This document shows, in pieces, positions 1-11,616 of a stretch of 64,000 nt of DNA. Under the pieces are notes generated by a model. That model had not been told where the DNA came from. It searched no databases and saw nothing but the letters and a program-made list of their open reading frames with translations. This DNA is from Takakia lepidozioides. Lineage: Eukaryota > Plantae > Bryophyta. The first letter of the stretch is position 1; each line of letters starts with the position of its first letter. The stretch lies in contig CM060732.1 in the NCBI GenBank assembly GCA_030704615.1, forward strand, positions 75,020,001 through 75,084,000, read 5' to 3'. The translations under genes and the position numbers were made by a program.

Positions 1-156
1 TAGAACTGAGTGTACTTATGATGGGAGGATAGGTTGTTGTGGGGTGGAGTCCCCATAGCTTGGGGTGCCCCTGGCTCGACTTCTGTTTTAAAGAGTGATG
101 ATGAGATGGATTTCATGTTTCTTGTGTTAAGAGTGTGTACTTAGCAATCCTTATCA
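1..156 (+). repeat. 3' part of the 5' LTR of element 1
   Basis: 1-136 is identical to 11376-11511. Both copies then end in ...CTTATCA (156 and 11529). Confidence 0.9.
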
Positions 157-170
157 CTCGAGAGAGATGA
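157..170 (+). promoter_or_regulatory. Putative self-priming primer-binding site
   Basis: CTCGAGAGAGATGA directly follows the LTR-terminal CA and is the exact reverse complement of TCATCTCTCTCGAG at 11330-11343 inside the 3' LTR. No TGG-initiated tRNA PBS is present here. Confidence 0.7.
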
Positions 171-2235
171 CTCTATCTAGTTTTCTAGTGCTAAGCTAGA
201 TATGATGTTTTTCTTAGCACTATTATAATATAACTTGGTAATCTATGAGTCCAAGAGATATGCAGATCCCCACATTCTTCTATTTTCTCTGTGGGCTCTG
301 GCACTGTTTGGGAAGTCGGGTCTTTTCGTCTATCCAAGGCTCTCAACCACAAGTATGCGTCTCATTCAAGCTATGCTAGGGACTCAATCTTGGAGCAAAC
401 AGCCGCTGCCGTGTTTTGAGGCTGTGAGCAAATCAGTTTGTAGTTTGCTGCGACGTCTTCAGAAGGGCCTGCGTCAGGTTGTACTTGTGTGGGGAATCTT
501 GATCAATCTGTTTTGAGGTCCGTGGAGCAGCCCTAAGCAGTGGCAACAGGAGAGTTTTTGGCTGTTACATCCGTCCGCGGTGAGGAGATGGGGACGATGT
601 AGAAGATTTTGTTGCATTGAGGAGAATGGCGTAGCCAGACTGAATGAAGCAGAGGAAGCGACGTGGAGCAAGAGACCAAGGAGCTGAGAATGCCCTATGA
701 AGAGAATCCAATACCATTATGTTCTGCAGCTGGGACAAGACGTCATAGCAAGGCCAAATTACAACATTGCAGCAATGGAGATGATGAACGTGAAACCCTA
801 CAGATCTGTGAAAAGGAGAGATTTGGACGTCTTGCTAGCGATATCAGACAGGCTGGCCACTGGTGCTACATAGATGTCGTGTCAGCATAAGAAGTCACCT
901 CTGGCTGCTAAGAAGAACCTTGTCAGGCTGCATGAAAGAGTTGCAGAGACGGAAGTTGAGATGTCTGTATGGAGTTGCAACAGGACAATGAAGGCAACCA
1001 TAAGTTTGACACCCTCTTTAGGCCTGGGAGGAAGGGAGCACTCAACATGGAGCTGTTGGTGTCACCCAGGATGCCCGAAATTGGTTCAATACAAGGGTGG
1101 TCTCATATGGGAGAAGCATCACTGGCTGGAAATGAACTCAGTGAGCTTTATGCCAAGCCTGCAGTTGTAGATGTTGAACGAATCCAAGCTGCAAATGGTG
1201 TTGAAGAGATAGCTGTATTCCAGTCTGAGGAAGGACTGAAGGAGGCGAGAGCAGACGATTATCTTCCTAGACAACCCATTTTGAACTAACCAACTCTGAT
1301 CTCAAATCACTAACTAAACCTAACTTCAGCAGCTCTCGAGCAAAGTCTCTGGAGTGGAAGTACAGGTGGTGCTTGCCCTGCGAGGGACTGGAGCCCGCCA
1401 GAAAGCCCAATTTGGACAGAGACAAGTAGGAGACTCCCGCTGCAACCTGGGCACTCTCCGATTGCTCCATCTACACATCTCTCATTCCATTTCTTCAGCA
1501 GCATCAACCTCACTGTTGTCGCCCAACTGCACCGACCATGAACTCTTTACAGGGAGTTTATGGTAAAAGGCTGATTGCTCCTACCAAGCAGGTGCCACTA
1601 TAATTGCTTGCATAATCTACTCTCCCGAGGCAAGCGACGCACCTTACTTGCTGCAAACCTTCACTACAGAAATGCAAGCGTCCATCCCTTTTCTGGAGTG
1701 AGCCGCTGGAGAGTGAAACAGTAGCCCTGACGCCAGAGGCATGGCAGACCCGGGGTGCAGGACGAGCAGCAGCTGCCAAGCGTGTACCTGCGAAGGAGGA
1801 TCTCAGCACAACAACCTCAGTTGGTAGACTGCAAATCCACCATTTCGGGCACTCGCAGGGCACGGTATTTTGACCTTGATGGGAACCTGCAGGGAATCGC
1901 AAAAACGTGGGAACAGTTTTTAATGGCGAGAACATTTTTGTGTTAAAAAAAAAACAAAAACAAAAACAAAACAAAAAAACCTTTTGATCTAATTTAAATT
2001 ATTTAGAGCCTAGTTGGTCATATCTTTGTCAAATGAGCTCCGTTTGACTCAGTTTTTGAGGGGATAGCTGCAGAAAGGGGATATCTACCTAGCTAGACTT
2101 GGTTTTTGTTTTTGGGACTCTGCTAAAAATCTATGGAATTTTTAGATTGTGAGTGTGCCGTGAAAGAGCCACAATTCTGTTTCTAGAACCTGTTCTGGTC
2201 TATATGAGAGACAAATCTGTGGATGTCATCCTTGT

Positions 2236-2985
2236 ATGGCTGGGGGAAATGAGGACGTAATTGAAGGGCAGGTCTCTTCTCTTAGCCTGTGCACACAAGG
2301 GGACAAGATTTATGTTTCCCAAGGAACTCAGACTGATTTGAGTGGAGAACAGTTGGACGAGTTGATTGCATACTGGGAGTCAGGCATTAGCAGTAGACAA
2401 CAGACTGCTGTAGTTGGCGTTGAGGGCCTCAATATCGCTTTGGACAGTCAGAACTTTGTTGGAGCCAGCATTTCTGCAGCTGTAGGTGAAATACCAAAGT
2501 GGGTGAAAGCTAGGCTTGGAACACAGTCAAAGACACCCCCGGGTACCAAGGTGTTCAGCCAGAAGGCCATGGTGTACTGGAGCAGAGGAGCAGGAGCTAC
2601 ACAAGTTTGTGCAATCAGACATGGTTGCAGCCGGATACGCTCTGCACAAGGCAACCACGAGCGGGGGTTCATTAGCAATGACAAGTTTGTTTTGCCTGAA
2701 GGAGATGCAGTCATTCGCAATGAGGACACCCGCAACCGTCTCAAAGCTTTCGAGTTGAGAGACTATCAGACCCTACCTTTGTTTTCTCTAGTGTTCAGTG
2801 AGCGGGAGATAGGGGAGTATTGCTTTGTCTCTATATGGCAGAAAGATGAGGAGGGTTGGTTAGAGCGAGCTACTGTAGCTTGGGACAAGGTTAGTGGCAG
2901 GTTTCTGGACATAGATATACCTCCTACACCTTACCATCATGCAGAGCGAGGCACTTTGAGAGAAGTCTGGCACTTGATAGCATAG
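2236..2985 (+). CDS. Accessory pre-gag ORF0 of element 1, unknown function (249 aa, intact)
   Basis: ATG-started, uninterrupted ORF. Its C-terminal ~120 aa align by eye with the pre-gag ORF at 24415-25482. Confidence 0.7.
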   Translation: MAGGNEDVIEGQVSSLSLCTQGDKIYVSQGTQTDLSGEQLDELIAYWESGISSRQQTAVVGVEGLNIALDSQNFVGASISAAVGEIPKWVKARLGTQSKTPPGTKVFSQKAMVYWSRGAGATQVCAIRHGCSRIRSAQGNHERGFISNDKFVLPEGDAVIRNEDTRNRLKAFELRDYQTLPLFSLVFSEREIGEYCFVSIWQKDEEGWLERATVAWDKVSGRFLDIDIPPTPYHHAERGTLREVWHLIA

Positions 2986-3506
2986 ATCAGGATTAGATCT
3001 TGCTTGGGCGGGCTTCTATTCTTCCCCTCCATCTCTGTACTATTTTCATTACCTTGTACTCGTAATTGCCAAAGCCTCTCTTGGTGGAGGCCAGTCAGTC
3101 CGGGGTTTTGGGCTGGGCTATTCTGCAGGATCAGCATTGCAGCTGGATTTTGGTGTGGGGGTGTTGATGTTTTGATTTCTTGTGTTTGGACCCCCCCCCA
3201 ACACCTGCATGCTTGACTGTGCGCCATGTTGGTTTTGTGTGGGCGCTTGCTTTCATAGAGATTAGGCCGGATTTGATCATCGGTCAATCCTAGAGTATGT
3301 TGTCGGTGGTGAGGCTGGAGTGATGACCAGCAAGACCACCAGTGTTTCTTCTATGGTGAGGCTGGGTTGATGACCAGCCAACCATAGGAGTTCTTGCGGT
3401 GGATGCAGGTGCAGGTGCCCTGAGCCATTGGAATATGACCCTTAAACTGCAACAGGTGCTCACCCGTGTCACTATTAGAATCAGTACTAGAGCCCTATAG
3501 TGTCAC

Positions 3507-5108
3507 GTGGGGGAGGTGCACATTGTGAGTGTCATCACGGAGTTACCCAAGGGTTTTGAGAGGAGTACGGCTACAGGCAGTAACAGTGAGAGTGGGTTCA
3601 CGAGACGAGGTATTCGGTTCAAACCACCTTCACCTCCACCCTCAACTAGTGCAGAGTCAGACACAGACTCGGAGGCTTCATCAACAAGTGTGCAGTTTCA
3701 TTCGCCATTGTTGTGGGATGACATGGAGGAGATGTATGGAGCTACCAAGGGGCCTCGTAGGTACTCTGGAGCTGTGGGCACAATCGATTTGGATGACTTT
3801 ATCCAGGAGTTCGACAGCTGGTATGATTTGCAGCAGATGCGCAATCCACAGCTATTCACCCCATTCATGGCGTGGAAGGGACTGTTCCAGCATTTGGAAG
3901 GCCCACCTATGGACGATTACCACGAGTTCAGGCGAGGACATGAAGCAGAGATTGAGGAGTGGAGGATGTATTGGTCACCTGACTATGTCTCCATTACTCG
4001 AGGCACGACGCGACCAGTAGCTGCATCAGTACCAATATCTCCCACTGCCAGCACTAGTAGTGGAGCAAGTAGTGCCGGTACTTCTGCAGGTGGTACCAGT
4101 TCAAAAGATGCTACTACTCCTCCTGCCACGACTACAACACATGTGCCTAGATTCAACCCGGTGGTGGAGTTCTTCCAGGAGTTGCGGAGGAACTACCAAG
4201 GTGTACGGATAGAGAAGCTACGAAGTTTTTAAGACTTCCAGCGCAAACCCAGTGAGAGCCTGCGAGAGGCGTACACTCGTATGAGACGCTTGATAAGTGT
4301 GACCCAAGGGGTTACTGAAGCTTAGGCAATCCAGTTTTGGTATGGAATTCTGGACAAGGAGTTCAAGAGAAGGGTGCGAGATGTAACCCTGTTACAAGCA
4401 GCCCAACCCACATTAGCAGATGTGTTTCTGCTGGCTGAGCGGATTGAGCTCAACATGGTGGAGGAGCAAGTTGTTACCATTGGATTTGGCAAGGACATGC
4501 CTGCACGAGGCGCAGCTGCCAACCCACAGGCACAAGGGACTGCCCAACAGCGTGGTCAGGGGGGCAAGGTTTCCCAACCCAAGTTCCATGGAGCTTACAG
4601 GGGACCTCAGGTGCAGAGGCCCGTGGCATCTTTTGCAAGCCAACAGCAACCAGGGGTGATATGTTGGACATGTGGAGGACCCCATATCAAGAGAGATTGC
4701 CCAGAGAGTGGCAGAAGGCCGACACAAGCACAGCCTGCACAGTTGCAGTGTGGGCATTGTGGCAAGTATGGGCATGGAGATGCCCAGTGTTATGACTTGC
4801 ATCCTGAGTTGCGCCCAGGCCAGTTCCAAGGGAACAATGGTGGCCGGGGGCGAGGTGGACCAGCCCAAAGAGGACGAGGTGGTCGGGCACGAGGTGCAGG
4901 CCAAGGGCAAGCTCAACATGGCCAAGGACGCGGTGGTCAGGGTGTTGACCAAGGCATGGCCAACCGGCTTCAGCAGCTAGAGCAGAGGCTCGCTGCAATG
5001 GCTATAGCTCAGGCGGTACCGGCTCCCAGGCAGGATGGTCCACCTCCTGCTCCTGAGGGAGGAGATATAGGAGGATGGGATTCATGTGCGGAGCAGCACT
5101 ACCACTAG
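3507..5108 (+). pseudogene. gag: gag of element 1 with two zinc knuckles
   Basis: One frame broken by stops at 4230 (TAA) and 4323 (TAG). Knuckles CWTCGGPHIKRDC and CGHCGKYGHGDAQC, followed by an RGG-rich tail. True start uncertain. Confidence 0.85.
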
Positions 5109-5511
5109 TGCAGGTGGAGTCTGCTGCAGCCGTGACTCGAGGAGCAGCACGAGTTCCTGAGCCACGAAGTGCAGAGGTGGAATTGGATCCACAGCGTGGG
5201 GAGGCAAGCCATCAGGCGAGGCTTCCTCAGTCATTCACATTGGCGGAGACTGTGTCGACGCCATCCATGGCACCTAGTTCTCGCCCGACTGTTACCGAGG
5301 CGGAGGTTACTATGCCATTGGGGAGAGCTACACGTGCAGCACTGACACCTGCTACCAAGGCTAGTGCAGCCGGTGTGTTGTTGGGGGCAGCCACCTCTGT
5401 GTGTCAAGCCCCACTATTCTCGGCAACCATGATTGCGACGCCGGGAATAAGACCAGCTGTAGTGTTCAGACTAGCAGCAACACTCTGTGAGAGTGGGGAT
5501 GTCACTTCATC

Positions 5512-6222
5512 TTGGAAGGTGTAGTGGCAGAGGGATCCTCGGATTTGAGGGTCAAGACTGCCACGGCTGCGCCCTGGCAAGCTGCAGCTACCAGATTGAC
5601 GGAACTGCCAGCTAGGCCAGCCTTTGAGCGCGCCATGGTGACACCTGGAACTGTCTTGTTAGACAACCATGAGGGCATTTTCTCTTTGAGTGGACCGGCA
5701 GGCAAGAAGTACCGGCCACTGCGGGTCTTGTTGGACTCGGGAGCCCAGCCACTGATGTTGGGCAGAGCTGCTATTGCAGGTTTGGGCCTCATGGAGGCGG
5801 ATATGGAGCCTTGTCCTTTCCAGATACAGACATCTCTGGGAGGATCAGAGCAGGCTCGGGGCATGACACGGCATCAGTTGGCCATTAGACTGCAGCCGGA
5901 TCATCCTGTAGATGGCTCAGTGATGCGGGTCAAGGCCATTGTGACAGACGCGGTCTCTTACGATGTCCTCGTTGGTGGGGCAATGTTATATCCCATGGGC
6001 TTCACCCTGGACTTTTGGGAGGAGTCAGCATCCTACAGGCCTGGATGGCAATCAGGGGATGGTCGTCGTGCACAGCTCCCTGTGACATTCATTGGGGATA
6101 TTGCGGCTGCCCAACGGGGCAAGATGCCAACACTAGCCGCCTTTACAGCTGCAGTTAGTTGGCCTAGAGAGTTGTTGGAAGGCAATGCCCATGCAGAGGA
6201 TGTACCACCTCTAGTAGAGTAG
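5512..6222 (+). pseudogene. Aspartic protease region of pol
   Basis: VLLDSGA active-site motif (DSG at 5734-5742) and downstream YDVLVG motif. Confidence 0.85.
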
Positions 6223-6435
6223 GATGACATGCATGGTATGGCGGAGTTGCCTGCCATGGTTGCTCACACTCCATTGTGGGGTACGAGCAAGGATTTGCAG
6301 CAGGTTGCTGATCGATGGGTGCAACAAGCTTGGGTAGAGGCTTTTGTACCGTCAGGAGAGGAGGAGAGTGCGGGTATTGCACCAGGACCACCTCAGTTGT
6401 CACCATTGGATACCACACCTATTGTGTGGTAGTAT

Positions 6436-7410
6436 ATGGATGAAGGCATTTGCCTTCTGGACTTGTTTGGCGGGATCAGCACCGGATTGGCTGCTGTGCT
6501 ACAGGCAGGTGCGCGGGTAAGGCGTTATCTGTATGTGGAGAGGGATGAGACTGCACGACGCGTCTCACTGCGCCATGTGGCTCAGTTAGTACAGCAGTAC
6601 CCTGTTTTGTTGCCAGTGTCTGCAGTTCGTGAATACCAACAAGCCTTGCCAGCAGACATTTCGTTGTTGGGGGCGCAGGATTTGGAGCAGGTTGGCTCCA
6701 TTGATCTGGTAGTGGCAGGTTGGCCCTGCCAAGGGCATTCATCAGCCGGGCATGGCAATGGATTGCGAGACTCAAGGATAGGTCTGTTTTGGGAGATGAT
6801 GCGGGTTTTGCGCCACTTACAGCTTCATCAAGCTGTATCTCCAGCATACATCTTGGAGAATGTGCCACTGATGGGTGATTCTCAGGCCAGGGTGATGGCC
6901 AGTGTGCATCAAGTCCGGTCGTGGCTTGGGTCAGCAGTGTTGCTGGATGCAGCTGCAGTGGGGTCACGGGCTCATTGTCCACGGCTTTGGTGGACTAACT
7001 TGATGCCACCCGCACTGCTCAAGCGTGCATTTGATGGGGTGCAGCGGCCAACACACCTCACCGTGGATGACATTTTGGACACAGGGAGGCAGTCTCAACG
7101 TGTGAGACACGATGACCGTTCGCCTTTGGCAGTGGTCAACAGGGTGGGTCAACCACGAGCAGCATTACCTACACTGCTCAGCTTCCCAGGATCCCATGCT
7201 TTTCGGGATGGTGGACTTGGCTTCTTGTGGGATAGCCAGTTGCAACAGTTAGTGGAGCCTAATGCCGACGAGCGAGAGCGGGCTATGGGATTTTCCACTG
7301 GGACCACGGCGGTGCCTTCTCTTTCTGAGGCATCACGTCGTCAGGTGTTGGGGCAAGCAATGGATCTCAATTGCTTGACCTGGATTATCAGCTTGGCTAT
7401 GGCTGAGCAA
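6436..7410 (+). CDS. DNMT3-like C5 cytosine DNA methyltransferase domain embedded in pol
   Basis: Motifs in canonical order: I LLDLFGGISTG, II YVERD, III ADI, IV DLVVAGWPCQGHS (PC at 6724-6729), VI YILENV (ENV at 6856-6864), VIII SRAHCPRLWWTNL, IX ERERAMGF, X RRQVLGQAM. Same reading frame as PR upstream and RT downstream. Confidence 0.93.
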
Positions 7411-7779
7411 CGTAGAGTGCGGAGTGCACTTCCCTTGACGGTCTCTCTGCCTACCGAGACGGTACAGGCAGCGAGTGGGGGCGAGCCGGTGAGGACCACG
7501 GGGTGTAGACATCCATGGCACACGTGGGAGGTGCTCGAGGTTCAGAGGGAGTTGGCAGCCAAGGCAGCTGTGATGGACGAGGTTGGGGATTCTTCTCGGG
7601 ATGAAGAGGTTCTCAATGATGAGATGATAGGGCAGGATGAGGCCTTGTCATTGACTGAGCAGGAAGGGAGTACTGCTCAAGAGGTTGCAGCATAGCAACC
7701 ACGGGACGCGTCCTCTACCCCTAAGCCCACTGGACTTAAGGTTGCAGTTACGGAGGACAATTGGGAGCCTGACATTGGA

Positions 7780-9190
7780 CCCATTGTCACCGGAGGAGAG
7801 AGACGACGTATACGGCGGTTCCTGAGGGCTTACAGGAATTGCTTTGCCTTCAGTTTGAAGGACTTGGGAGCACTGAAGGGTCAAGAGATCCGTATTGAGT
7901 TGGCCACTGACACGCCAATCTTTCGGAGACCCTATAGATACAGTGACATGGAGAGGTCTTTGATTCAGATGAGGACTCAAGATCTCTGGGAGGCAGGTTT
8001 GGTAGAGCTTTCTGGTGGAGAGTATGCTTCAGCCACAGTGATGCCAGCCAAGAAGGATGTCTATGGCAATTGGACGGAGAGACGTATGTGCGGTGATTAC
8101 CGGCCTGTAAATCGTCAGACCAAGTCCGATAGGTATGCCATGCCGACACAGAAGAGATCTTTGATGCCATTGGGCATTCCAAGGTCTTTAGCACGTTGGA
8201 TTTACGATCCGGATATCACCAGTTGCCGATCAAGGAGGCGGATAAGCAAAAGACGGCATTCTGGGGGATCAATGAGTACGGGAAGGATTGCCTATACCAG
8301 TGGCGGTTCTTACCATTTGGGCTTAAAAACGCTCCCGCTGAGTTTCAAAGAGTCATGGACAGGATTCTAGCAGGGGTGGAGTTTGCTCGGTGCTACATAG
8401 ATGACATCATCATCTTTAGTGCTACGGTGGAGGAGCATGAGAGACACCTTCAGGGGGTATTTGAGCGCTTGAGGACGCACGGATTGAAGTTACATCCGGG
8501 CAAGTGCAAGTTTTTCCACAACCAGATTGAGTATCTGGGTCACATGATATATCCTGGAGGATTGGGGGTACAGCAGACTAAGGTAGAGTCCATTGCACAG
8601 GTTCCACGCCCCACGGATGTGAGCCGAGTTCGAGCTTTCATGGGGTTAGCAAACTATTACAGACGGTTTGTTAAGGGATTTAGTGCCATTGCAAAGGCTC
8701 TAACCAAACTGACCAAGGTGGACCAGGAGTGGCAGTGGGAAGATGAGCAAGAACAAGCTTTTCAAGAGCTCAAGGCGAGGTTGACCTCGGCGCCCATCTT
8801 GAGACGACCTATCAGGGGGCGTCCTTTTCAGCTGCATACAGATTGGAGCATGCTGGGGCTTGGAGCGGTGCTCACACAGGTGGATGATGAGGGAAGAGAG
8901 TTCGTAGTGGCTTATGCTAGCCGCTCAAACAATGCTGCAGAGTCTAAGTATAGCTCATATGAGGGAGAATGCTTAGCTGCAGTGTGGGCCGTGGCACATT
9001 TCAGGTGCTATCTATACGGCAATCTCTTCACCCTTGTCACGGATCACCAACCACTCAAGTGGTTGATGGAGTCAGACAAGCTTACGGGGAAGCTTACACG
9101 GTAGGCACTCATCCTTCAAGAGTATGACTTTCAGGTGGTGCATCGACCGGGTTTGGTCAATCGCAATGCAGATGGGTTGAGTCGCAATCC
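7780..9190 (+). pseudogene. Reverse transcriptase and RNase H of element 1
   Basis: RRPYR, RMCGDYRPVN, DLRSGYHQ, LPFGLKNAP, YIDD; RNase H LHTDWS, YEGECLA, VTDH. Frameshift near 8150 and stop at 9102. Confidence 0.95.
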
Positions 9191-9537
9191 ATGCACGAGC
9201 CAGCAGGATGACACTGGAGCTCGGTGGCATGGTGAGACGGACGAGGAGATGGTGCCCGGATGGCATGCATCTGCATTTCTGTGTATCTTGGCAGCGGAAA
9301 GCTAGGTTGGACCTGCAACAGGGATGACTGTAGATCAAAGTGTCTGAGGACCCTGAGGCCAGCAATGAGCAAGGTGGTGCCAAAGATATACATGAGGATT
9401 CAGTTGTGTTGGACTACCTCCGCACTGGAGACACTGCAGCCACTATGACTGCCAAGGAGAGGGATCGGATCCTACAACGAGCCAAGAGGTTCAAGTGGGA
9501 GGGGACACACCTGCTCCGAGTGTGGGAGGATGGTTGA

Positions 9538-10680
9538 GTGAGGATTGTGCCTCACCCAACACAGCGGGCATGGTTAGTGCGGCATGCCCATGAGGAGTTG
9601 GGGCATTTTGGGGTGCGACGCACTCATAGTCTACTGCAGGGGCAGTATTGGTGGCGTGGTATGCACACAGAGGTGCAACAATTTGTGGCTAGGTGCATGG
9701 TGTGTGACAGGGTGCGTGCTTCATTCAATGCCCCTACTCCACAATTGCACCCTCTTCCGATCATGGGATTGGGCTACAGGTGGAGTCTTGACTTCGCAGG
9801 GCCGTTGCCACTGACCATGCGCCACAACAAGTACGTGTTGGTGATGGTGGAGCACTTCTCCAAGTGGATTGAATTGGTTCAATTGCCTGATAAGGCTAGT
9901 GAGCGAGCTGCGTATGCATTCTTGGATTGTGTGCTTAGCCGATTCGGTGCTCCAGCTGAGGTACTCACAGACCAAGGGAGAGAGTTCTTGGGGGAGTTTC
10001 AGGCTTTGTGTGACAAGGCCTTGATAGACCACCGCACCACTTCTCGGGATCATCCTGAGGCCGATGGCTTGGCAGAGAGAGTTGTTCAGATAGTAAAGAG
10101 GGGTTTGCGCAAGTATGGCTTGAAGAAAGGACACCTAGGAGATTGGGACCTTCAGTTACCCTGGTTAGCCATGGGCTACAGGTTCAGCAAACAAGCATCA
10201 CTTGCCTCCTTCTCACCATACTTTCTTCTCTTTGGCCGAGAGCCGGATTTGCCTACATCCATTTGCAGAGAAGCTGCTACAGTTCTTAACCTTAACGATC
10301 CGGATGTATGGGCACGTGCATGTGAGCAGCGTGCAAAGTTGTTCAAGAAAGTCATGCCAATGGCTTTTAAGAACCTTGCCATCGCACAACACCATGATAC
10401 GTTGAGGTATGCTACCATACGTGGTGGGGGCTATCATCATGGGGTTCGGAGATTCAACCCTGGTGACTATGTTTACCTGTAGCAAACTACTCCTACGACC
10501 TTGGATGTGACTGCAGGACGTGTTATTTTGAGGGTTCGAGAGGTCTTGCCCTCAGGCGTCTTGGTCTTGGAGGGTCGGGATGGCATAACTTGGAAGGACC
10601 ATGTGCGTAATTGTGCGCCATGTCACCTTCCGAATGTCGATGGCAGGATTGACCCAAACCTGACAGTGGTATCTGCAGGT
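9538..10680 (+). pseudogene. DDE integrase of element 1
   Basis: HHCC zinc site (AHEELGH...CMVC) and DDE triad SLDFAG / LTDQG / GLAER. Stops at 9535 and 10480. Confidence 0.93.
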
Positions 10681-10686
10681 TTGAGG

Positions 10687-10821
10687 TGCATGTTGTGTGG
10701 GTCTGCTAGAGGGGCAGCCACCATGCTGGTGTGTGATCGATGCTCTAGAGGTTGGCATATGGGATGCTTGACTCCACCTCTTGAGATGGTTCCGGATGGG
10801 GATTGGTTATGTCCACATTGC
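10687..10821 (+). CDS. PHD finger at the integrase C-terminus
   Basis: CMLC...CDRC...WHMGC...VPDGDWLCPHC is a C4HC3 PHD pattern, in frame with the integrase. Confidence 0.92.
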
Positions 10822-11090
10822 ATTGGATAGTGGGAGTGGATACAACCATGGAGGGCTAACAAGAAACGCAAAGCCAAGCTACTAAGGGACCTTGAACACA
10901 CGAGGTCTTGACTCAAGTTCATAGATTGCAAGACGTCGACTAACGATGGGGCTACTCTTGTACCCGGCCTCTTGGTCTATAGAGTTTGAGTACAATAGGG
11001 ACAGTGATAGAGGACTTCGTACGGCTGTGGCTATTACATCTTGTAGCTATCTAGAGGTAGAGAGACCTATCCACCAGCTAGGGGGGCGAT

Positions 11091-11529
11091 TGTGGCAGAC
11101 TACTTTATTGTGCATATATGTGTGGTGTGGTTTGGACAGCGATGTAGTTGTGTAGCGATATGTATGCGCACGACAGCTGTCAAGTTAAATAAGCACAGTG
11201 TGAAAACAACTAGAATAAAGCTAGTTATTTGTACTTAACACTTGGATTTAGGTCAAGTGTTAAATCAGGTGTCAAGTTTAGTTTGACACTTGAACCGCCT
11301 TATCTTCACGAGAGCGGCAGTCGCGTAGCTCATCTCTCTCGAGTTGAGCCTGCGCAACCGAGCTCCTTCATCGTCTAGAACTGAGTGTACTTATGATGGG
11401 AGGATAGGTTGTTGTGGGGTGGAGTCCCCATAGCTTGGGGTGCCCCTGGCTCGACTTCTGTTTTAAAGAGTGATGATGAGATGGATTTCATGTTTCTTGT
11501 GTTAAGAGTGTTCTTAGCTTTTCTTATCA
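11091..11529 (+). repeat. 3' LTR of element 1
   Basis: Begins TG directly after the PPT, ends TTATCA, and matches bases 1-156. Confidence 0.8.
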
Positions 11530-11616
11530 TTGTGGCAGACCACTTTATTGTGCATATATGTGTGGTGTGGTTTGGACAGCGATGTAGTTGTGTAGCGATA
11601 TGTATGCGCACGACAG
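11529..11616 (+). repeat. Second copy of the LTR-start segment (11089-11176)
   Basis: 88-bp direct repeat ATTGTGGCAGAC...GCACGACAG with one mismatch, followed by TGGGTCCACA. Confidence 0.9.

Noticed and set aside
5075-5524. Programmed gag-pol frameshift
   Set aside because: Two frame changes (~5090 and ~5515) in a decayed copy and no clear slippery heptamer; cannot be told apart from indels.
6436-7695. Methyltransferase as a host gene or bacterial restriction-modification contaminant
   Set aside because: It is intronless, in frame with PR and RT, inside LTRs, has DNMT3-like motifs and has no partner endonuclease.
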